Assembly (NCBI GenBank): GCA_041649575.1
Contig: JBAZMW010000003.1
Location: forward strand, 60,001 to 92,000
Reading direction: 5' to 3'
Source of the DNA: Patescibacteria group bacterium
GTDB lineage: Bacteria > Patescibacteriota > Patescibacteriia > 2-01-FULL-39-33
DNA length: 32,000 nt
Position numbers and translations under genes: made by a program. Positions 26,503 through 32,000 of this stretch are shown piece by piece. The notes under the pieces were generated by a model. The model made no database searches and was not told where the DNA came from. It saw only the letters and a program-made list of their open reading frames with translations. Within the stretch, counting starts at the first letter, position 1. Every line of letters begins with the position of its first letter.

Positions 26503-27957
26503 TTAATCCGCCATTTCGGTTTGCTCGCCAAACAAATCAATTTTTTCTTTTTTAGCTTTGGCAATCACGCTATCGGCGATTTGGATATTAGCATCGCGCA
26601 GAGCCTTCTGGCTGGTAAAATTGGGCGCGTCCATCATCAGGTCGCGGCTATCACCGGTTTTGGGAAAAACAATCACTTCACGGATATTTGGTTCGTTCTG
26701 CAAAATAGCCACAATCCTATCAATGCCGGCGGCAATGCCTCCATGAGGCGGCGCGCCATACTCAAATGCTTCCAGCATATGACCAAAACGCGCCTTAATT
26801 TCTTGTTCACCCACACCCAATAGTTCAAAAACTTTTTTCTGAATATCGCGCCGATGAATTCTGATAGAGCCGCCATAAATTTCAAACCCGTTTAACACCA
26901 AATCATAACCATAGGCCCTCCATTTTTGCGGCTCCTCTGGATATTTTTTCATATCTTCCAGATTTGGCATGGTAAAAGGATGGTGACTGGCCACTAATTT
27001 TTTTTCAGTTTTGGAATATTTGAACATCAGAGGGTCTATCAGCCACATAAAAGCCAGTTCACTAGGATCGTGTTTGTCAACTCTTAGATCCGGCTTATCG
27101 GTGCCGTATTTTTCCATACATTCTTCGTAAGTCAGGCGCGGAAATGGCTGCGCTGAGATATTCTTTTCCGGATAAAGCGTTTCTACTAACTTAATCATCA
27201 TGGGCTCAATCAGATTAAAAACGTCTTCCTGTTCGATAAAGCTCATTTCCACGTCCAGTTGAGTGAATTCGGCTTGCCGGTCGCCTCTGGTATCTTCGTC
27301 CCTAAAACACCTGGCGATTTGAAAATATTTTTCCGCACCGGCCACCATTAAGAGTTGCTTGAACTGCTGGGGCGACTGTGGCAAGACATAAAATTTGCCC
27401 GGCCAAAGCCTAGAAGGCACTATAAATTCTCTGGCCCCTTCCGGCGTGCCTTTGGTAAGAACCGGCGTTTCGATATCCAGAAATCCCAAATCCGTCAAAT
27501 AATCCCTGATAAACTTCACCACTTTGGAGCGCATAACCATGTTTTTGGTCATCCGCTGGGTGCGTAAATCAAGATAACGGTATTTGAGACGGGTTTCTTC
27601 GTTTACCTCGGCCGTGTTCTGGTCGATGGCAAAAGGCGGCGTCTTGGCTTCGTTTAAAATTTCAAGTTTGGTCACCAATAGCTCCACCGAGCCGGTGGCA
27701 ATTTTATCATTAATCATATTGGCCGGACGCTCATTGACAGTGCCGACAATGGCCACCACATACTCACTGCGCAGTTTCTCGGCCAAAGCGTGCGTTTCCT
27801 TGTTCGAGGGAATAAACACCACCTGCAAAATGCCGCTACGATCACGGACATCAATAAAAATCAATTTGCCATGATCGCGACGAGTGTGTACCCAACCCAT
27901 GATTTTCACCTCCTGACCTATCTTGTTTGTCACCTCCAAAATCGGAGTTCTTTGCAT
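26503..27957 (-). CDS. aspS: Aspartyl-tRNA synthetase lacking most of the GAD insertion
   Basis: GWVHTRRDHGKLIFIDVRDRSG, RCFRDEDTRGDRQAEFTQLDVEMSF, GGIAAGIDRIVAIL; 484 aa. Confidence 0.95.
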   Translation of the reverse strand: MQRTPILEVTNKIGQEVKIMGWVHTRRDHGKLIFIDVRDRSGILQVVFIPSNKETHALAEKLRSEYVVAIVGTVNERPANMINDKIATGSVELLVTKLEILNEAKTPPFAIDQNTAEVNEETRLKYRYLDLRTQRMTKNMVMRSKVVKFIRDYLTDLGFLDIETPVLTKGTPEGAREFIVPSRLWPGKFYVLPQSPQQFKQLLMVAGAEKYFQIARCFRDEDTRGDRQAEFTQLDVEMSFIEQEDVFNLIEPMMIKLVETLYPEKNISAQPFPRLTYEECMEKYGTDKPDLRVDKHDPSELAFMWLIDPLMFKYSKTEKKLVASHHPFTMPNLEDMKKYPEEPQKWRAYGYDLVLNGFEIYGGSIRIHRRDIQKKVFELLGVGEQEIKARFGHMLEAFEYGAPPHGGIAAGIDRIVAILQNEPNIREVIVFPKTGDSRDLMMDAPNFTSQKALRDANIQIADSVIAKAKKEKIDLFGEQTEMAD

Positions 27958-28187
27958 AGACTAAAAAAGAAAATTTGTTAAAATTTGTTAAATTAATTAT
28001 AACAAAAATCGATTTTTTGTTCAATGAAAAAAAGCCACAAATTACCAATGAATCGCGACTTTAAAAATTCTTACCCCAAAAACATAAAAATTCTTAGTTA
28101 TTATGACTTTAAATTTGTTTAATATTTTAATTTTTAATTTTTTAATTTGTTTTTTATTTAAATTTAGCCAAAATAAATAACTAACCA

Positions 28188-28216
28188 TTGACACTAATTT
28201 TCAAAAATGATAGAAT
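28188..28216 (+). promoter_or_regulatory. Near-consensus promoter TTGACA-N17-TAGAAT
   Basis: TTGACA 28188-28193; TAGAAT 28211-28216; 17-bp spacer. Confidence 0.65.
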
Positions 28217-28622
28217 TTTTTATTGAGCGGCACAGTGCTGACTCAAAACCTCGAACATTACAAACAAGAGCGGAGGACAAATCCGTGTATATAAGGAACA
28301 TAGTTCCCGGACAGTTTGTTTAGTTCTTCTCCCAAGAAGACCCGCACGATGCGCGTAATGGCAAGAGACATCGCGTTGACAGCGTTGACGTGAGAGAGAG
28401 CACTGTGACGCTGGACGTCTCCGAAGATGACGGCTACACGACTGATTTTGAGATAGTGGATTCTGTTAGTTGCTGGAGCCAGCCGGTAGAATTGTGCAGT
28501 TTCTAGTGCAGGAAGAGAAGGCTTGTGAGCGGCGCCGATCCTGGACGCGTCATAGCTTTCGTCCCCGAACCGCCAGCCACGGCCCCGTCCGTACCGGCCA
28601 AACCATAGAAAGGGCGCGACCA

Positions 28623-28961
28623 ATGAGATCAAGAAACGCGGTAGCACTGAAAGCGGGCCAGTTCTTGCTTTTTTCCCGAAGAATCGCTTCCGGGAAAAAG
28701 GTCATGGTAATGGGGCGTGTCAAAGAGATAAGCCCCAAAGGCGACCGTAAGCTGGACTACATCGACCTGGAACTGATGGACGAAGAAAGCCAGATCTGGC
28801 CGGACCACCGTGATTGCCATGACGGCGGCAGAGCAGCGACGCTCTCCCGGCTCCAAGAGCTCTACGGACCAGCGAGAATCACTACGCCCGAAGAAGCCGA
28901 GAGCTTCCAGATGAAAGTGCTGGCGAATCGCGTCGTTGCTATTGTCCGCTTCTTCTGGTGA
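28623..28961 (+). CDS. Small uncharacterised GC-rich ORF (112 aa)
   Basis: ATG 28623 preceded by AAAGGGC; MRSRNAVALKAGQFLLFSRRIASGKKVMVMGRVKEIS...; downstream of a near-consensus promoter and followed by a GC-rich terminator. Confidence 0.5.
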   Translation: MRSRNAVALKAGQFLLFSRRIASGKKVMVMGRVKEISPKGDRKLDYIDLELMDEESQIWPDHRDCHDGGRAATLSRLQELYGPARITTPEEAESFQMKVLANRVVAIVRFFW

Positions 28962-29031
28962 CAACGCTGGAGGCGACGCCACAACCGTTGATGCTCTGCC
29001 ATTGCCGCCAGGAGGAAACATGCACATAACA

Positions 29032-29073
29032 CACCCGAGGTTGCGCACGCGCGCGACCCCGGGGTGATTTTTT
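29032..29073 (+). terminator. Rho-independent terminator with imperfect GC-rich stem
   Basis: CACCCGAGGTTGCGC-ACGC-GCGCGACCCCGGGGTG followed by ATTTTTTT. Confidence 0.65.
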
Positions 29074-29086
29074 TATAACAAAATTT

Positions 29087-29647
29087 CTAAAACAATCTTT
29101 CTACAAAACCGCAACCGCGAGCCGGCTTTTCTGACACCACCTCTATCAGCCGCTTGAGCTCAAAAAAAAGTTGTTTTTGGGTTTGGGCCTGAATTTTCGG
29201 CCGGTAACCCAAGTGCCTCAATAATTCGAAAAGATATTTGTTTAAAGATAATAAATTCTTGGTTTTTTCTTTTTCTTCGCTTAGAGAAAATAAGAATTTC
29301 TCAATAATTTCAAACAAAAAACCGTCAGCCGCCTCATGAATTATCAAACTATCAATCGCCGCCAAAAAATAATTGGCGATAACTATCTTATCCAGATCGG
29401 CTTTAATGGCCGAGTAATTTTTGGCAATGCCGGCGGCGGCCAGACGCTTTGACAGCTGGCCCTCGGCCAGCATTAAATCGCAAATCAAAAACGGCTCCAA
29501 ATGCGAATTGAGCTTGGAAGTGATTTTTTTGGCGCCCTTGGCAATGGCCGTCACCTTGCCAAATAAGCGGGTGTAGAGCGTGTACTGGCAATCATAGTCG
29601 CCGAGAGCGCATTTTTTGAGGACAATGGCTTGAGTGAGATAAGTCAT
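29087..29647 (-). CDS. recO: DNA repair protein RecO
   Basis: TQAIVLKKCALGDYDCQYTLYTRLFGKVTAIAKGAKKITSKLNSHLEPF. Confidence 0.9.
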   Translation of the reverse strand: MTYLTQAIVLKKCALGDYDCQYTLYTRLFGKVTAIAKGAKKITSKLNSHLEPFLICDLMLAEGQLSKRLAAAGIAKNYSAIKADLDKIVIANYFLAAIDSLIIHEAADGFLFEIIEKFLFSLSEEKEKTKNLLSLNKYLFELLRHLGYRPKIQAQTQKQLFFELKRLIEVVSEKPARGCGFVERLF

Positions 29648-29698
29648 CTTTGAACTAAAGATTTAAAACTAAAAAGGTACAAGAAAAAACAAAGCGGC

Positions 29699-30079
29699 TT
29701 ACTTGCTATCCAAATAACCCTGTAAGGTGAGCATAGCGGCCACATCATCGTCATGGCGGCCGGGCTTTAGCCTTTGTGCCTCCTTGCTGGTAAACCTCTC
29801 ATCATAAAAAACTAATTTTATTTTTAATTCTTGGGCCAAGCGCTCGCCGAAGTCTTTTGTCTTAAAGGTTTGCGGGGATTTTTGGGATTTTTTATTAAGC
29901 GGCAGACCGACAACCACTAGCTGTATTTTTTCCTTGTTAATTATTTCTCTAACTTCCAAGGCCAACCCATTAAAACCAGAATTTTTCAAAATTCCGTACG
30001 GCAAAGCCAGGCCGCTCTCTGTGTCGGCAATAGCCAAACCGATTTTTACTTCACCATAGTCGATGCCAAGTAGTTTCAT
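29699..30079 (-). CDS. ruvX: Holliday junction resolvase-like protein (YqgF/RuvX)
   Basis: LLGIDYGEVKIGLAIAD, VVGLPLN, YDERFTSKEA, DDVAAMLTLQGYLD. Confidence 0.93.
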   Translation of the reverse strand: MKLLGIDYGEVKIGLAIADTESGLALPYGILKNSGFNGLALEVREIINKEKIQLVVVGLPLNKKSQKSPQTFKTKDFGERLAQELKIKLVFYDERFTSKEAQRLKPGRHDDDVAAMLTLQGYLDSK

Positions 30080-30092
30080 GTCTGTTTACAGT

Positions 30093-30178
30093 GTCATTGC
30101 GAGGAGCGAAGCGATGTGGCAATCCCGTGGGATCCCCACGTCGCCCGGCCGAATGGCCGGACTCCTCGGGATGACAAT
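30093..30178. repeat. Dispersed intergenic repeat, copy 2, with terminal inverted repeats
   Basis: GTCATTGCGAGG ... CCTCGGGATGAC ends, imperfectly complementary. Confidence 0.65.
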
Positions 30179-30948
30179 TAAATAGTAGTTATAATCTCTC
30201 CTCCCCTTTCTGTCACCGCGATCGTATGCTCAAAATGCGCCGAGAGCGAATTGTCTCTAGTGGCCACCGTCCAGCCGTCGTCCAAAGTTTCTACCGGCCA
30301 GTCGCCAAAATTAACCATTGGCTCTAGAGCCAAAGTCATACCAACCGCCAGCTTGATGTCGGCAAACCTCTTGTCCACATAATTGGGAATTTGCGGATCT
30401 TCGTGGGGAGAAAAACCGACTCCATGGCCGCACAATTGCCGCACAACACTAAAACCATTTTTTTCAACGTAATCTTGAATGGCGCGGGAAATGTCCGTCA
30501 ATTTATTGCCAGCTTTGGCCTGCCTAATGCCTTTAGACAAAGATTCTTCCGTGACGGAAATAAGTTTTCGGATTTGCCGGCCAACACTACCAACGGCGAC
30601 TGTCTTGGCCATGTCGGTAAAAAGCCCGCGATACTCCAGGCCGCAATCAATACCAACGATGTCGCCGCTTTTAATAATCCTATTGGGAACCGGCAGGCCA
30701 TGCACCACTTCGTTATTTAACGAAAGGCAAAGAGCCGAGGGATAGGCATGCTCGGCCCAAGAAGCCCGATAACCCTTAAAACTTGGCTTGCCGCCGGCTT
30801 TTTTTATTAATTCTTCGGCATAAACACTCAATTCTTCGGTGCCAACGCCGGGTTTTATTTTTTTTATTACCAAAGCCAAAACCTGGGCGAGAATTTTCCC
30901 GCCCTGACGCATGGTGGCTATTTGTTGTTTATTTTTTAATTTAACCAT
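30178..30948 (-). CDS. map: Type I methionine aminopeptidase
   Basis: SLNNEVVHGLP, VGIDCGLEYRGLFTDMA, GHGVGFSPHEDPQIPNY, TLALEPMV. Confidence 0.96.
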   Translation of the reverse strand: MVKLKNKQQIATMRQGGKILAQVLALVIKKIKPGVGTEELSVYAEELIKKAGGKPSFKGYRASWAEHAYPSALCLSLNNEVVHGLPVPNRIIKSGDIVGIDCGLEYRGLFTDMAKTVAVGSVGRQIRKLISVTEESLSKGIRQAKAGNKLTDISRAIQDYVEKNGFSVVRQLCGHGVGFSPHEDPQIPNYVDKRFADIKLAVGMTLALEPMVNFGDWPVETLDDGWTVATRDNSLSAHFEHTIAVTERGGEIITTI

Positions 30949-31033
30949 GACTTAATATTAACAAAAAAAGAATAAAATCACAAAAAGATAAACTTATTTT
31001 TGCCTAAATTTAAACAAAAAATAACATTATTTA

Positions 31034-31062
31034 TTGACATTTAATTTTGGATATGATATAAT
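31034..31062 (+). promoter_or_regulatory. Consensus promoter TTGACA-N17-TATAAT
   Basis: TTGACA 31034-31039; TATAAT 31057-31062; spacer 17 bp. Confidence 0.78.
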
Positions 31063-31127
31063 TATATATTGGGTCGGCATCGCGCTGACTCGAGATTTTG
31101 GACATTTTCAACCAAGGAGAAAGAGAA

Positions 31128-31481
31128 ATGAAACGATTTTTCAGCTTTTTGGAGCGGCTGTTCGCCGGCCTGAGTGCGATAGCTCTACTGCTCGGCCTGA
31201 TGTTTGTGGCCGGCATCTGTCTATCGCTGCCCTGGTACGGCTGGATTGCCAGCTTCCTGGCCGGCATCTTCACCGCAGGGATAAGAGTGATCCGCTGGCC
31301 GATCAAAATCGCCTTGCTGGTAATCTGGGGGCCGATGATCATGGCTTTCGGCTACTACATCGTCTTCCCGATGGTCGGGCCGGTGAGTATCGTGCAGGGA
31401 GCGATCTGCTGGGTGATATTCATCACGGCGTTTGTGATGGCTCGCTGCGCCGCCGGCATCAAGGACATGCCAACGGACTGA
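31128..31481 (+). CDS. Small multipass membrane protein, uncharacterised
   Basis: AAGGAG upstream of ATG 31128; MKRFFSFLERLFAGLSAIALLLGLMFVAGICLSLPWYGWIASFLAGI... Confidence 0.7.
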   Translation: MKRFFSFLERLFAGLSAIALLLGLMFVAGICLSLPWYGWIASFLAGIFTAGIRVIRWPIKIALLVIWGPMIMAFGYYIVFPMVGPVSIVQGAICWVIFITAFVMARCAAGIKDMPTD

Positions 31482-31538
31482 AAAGGCCTATGAGCGGTGC
31501 CTTTGAAAACCGCTTAAGACAAAGAAGGAGTTGCAACC

Positions 31539-32000
31539 ATGATAGAACCTGTTGGTGTTATATTGTGCGGTATAGTGATCTTGGTCCTTGGGGTTGGGTG
31601 GAGTCTAATCTCAAGGAAGAGTCTGGAATTCTTCAGTTGCGTGACACTGGTGGTGCTGGCTGTCGGCCTGTACTTGTCAGTGTCCGATCACCAAATCCCC
31701 AAGACGTCATGGGGAGCCACCACGCCGGGCGCGATGATGCCCTACGACCAGAAACAAGCCACCGACGCGTTCGACGCATCGGCGAAGCAGGCACAAGGAG
31801 CTACAGGGTGTAGCGCCGGAGCAGAGCAAAGGACCGCTGTGACCGCACTGACCCGCGACGAAGAGACGGCGCTGGCCAGACAACGGAACGCAGCGGCCGC
31901 CCAAGAAAGCGGTGAAACAACCGCCGACAAGTGGCCGATGAAGGAGCTAGCCATCACTCCGCTGAGCAAGTGGTTTAACCAAAGGGAAAGCAAGGGGGGC
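31539..32000 (+). CDS. Membrane-anchored uncharacterised protein, 3'-truncated by the window; absent from the ORF track
   Basis: AAGGAG upstream of ATG 31539; no stop to the window end: MIEPVGVILCGIVILVLGVGWSLISRKSLEFFSCVTLVVLAVGLYLSVSDHQIPKTSW...KWFNQRESKGG. Confidence 0.65.
   Translation, partial: MIEPVGVILCGIVILVLGVGWSLISRKSLEFFSCVTLVVLAVGLYLSVSDHQIPKTSWGATTPGAMMPYDQKQATDAFDASAKQAQGATGCSAGAEQRTAVTALTRDEETALARQRNAAAAQESGETTADKWPMKELAITPLSKWFNQRESKGG

Noticed and set aside
28629-29048. 139-aa minus-strand ORF
   Set aside because: Starts inside the terminator hairpin and is antisense to the 28623-28961 ORF; no motif support.
31034-31813. Plus-strand 259-aa ORF starting inside the promoter
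   Set aside because: It would start at the -35/-10 region and is out of frame with two SD-led ORFs that have clean TM segments.
1-32000. CRISPR array
   Set aside because: No regularly spaced direct repeats seen; the only tandem repeat is the 12-bp hsdS repeat.
1-32000. UGA stop-codon reassignment as in some CPR lineages
   Set aside because: Recognisable genes do not require in-frame UGA read-through, and UGA appears as an ordinary stop (e.g. tightly before spacer or terminator sequence at 28961).

Overview
The window is bacterial, AT-rich, with housekeeping genes almost all on the minus strand. It resembles a Patescibacteria/CPR-type genome, but that is an inference. The clearest special system is a compact diversity-generating retroelement (DGR) at about 14.7-17.64 kb. 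It has a reverse transcriptase with LPLGNLTSQ and YADD motifs, an Avd-like accessory gene on the OPPOSITE strand, a 108-nt template repeat (TR, 16149-16256) and a matching 108-nt variable repeat (VR, 16707-16814) at the 3' end of a target gene. By hand alignment TR and VR differ at 21 positions, 20 of them at TR adenines. The TR seems to form its own transcription unit: a promoter-like sequence upstream and a perfect 17-bp terminator-like hairpin 13 nt past the TR. A C10/G10 tract lies between the divergent RT and avd starts. Other accessory content: (i) a left-edge island with a serine recombinase, DUF4411/PIN plus XRE-ImmA/IrrE pair, type I R-M operon (hsdMSR, with three perfect 12-bp repeats in hsdS) and XRE regulator; (ii) a GC-rich two-gene cassette encoding a transglutaminase-like protein and a 96-aa protein, with consensus promoter and terminator; (iii) two more plus-strand GC-rich cassettes (28.2-29.07 kb and from 31.03 kb to the window end) that share a related 5' leader and near-consensus TTGACA-N17-TATAAT promoters; (iv) a Clp-type double-AAA+ protein with a zinc-ribbon/TM N-terminus and apparently degenerate first ATPase site. 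The rest is housekeeping: fba, tpiA, D,D-carboxypeptidase, scpA/scpB, YbaK-like protein, HD protein, a GAD-less aspS, recO, ruvX, map and four tRNAs.
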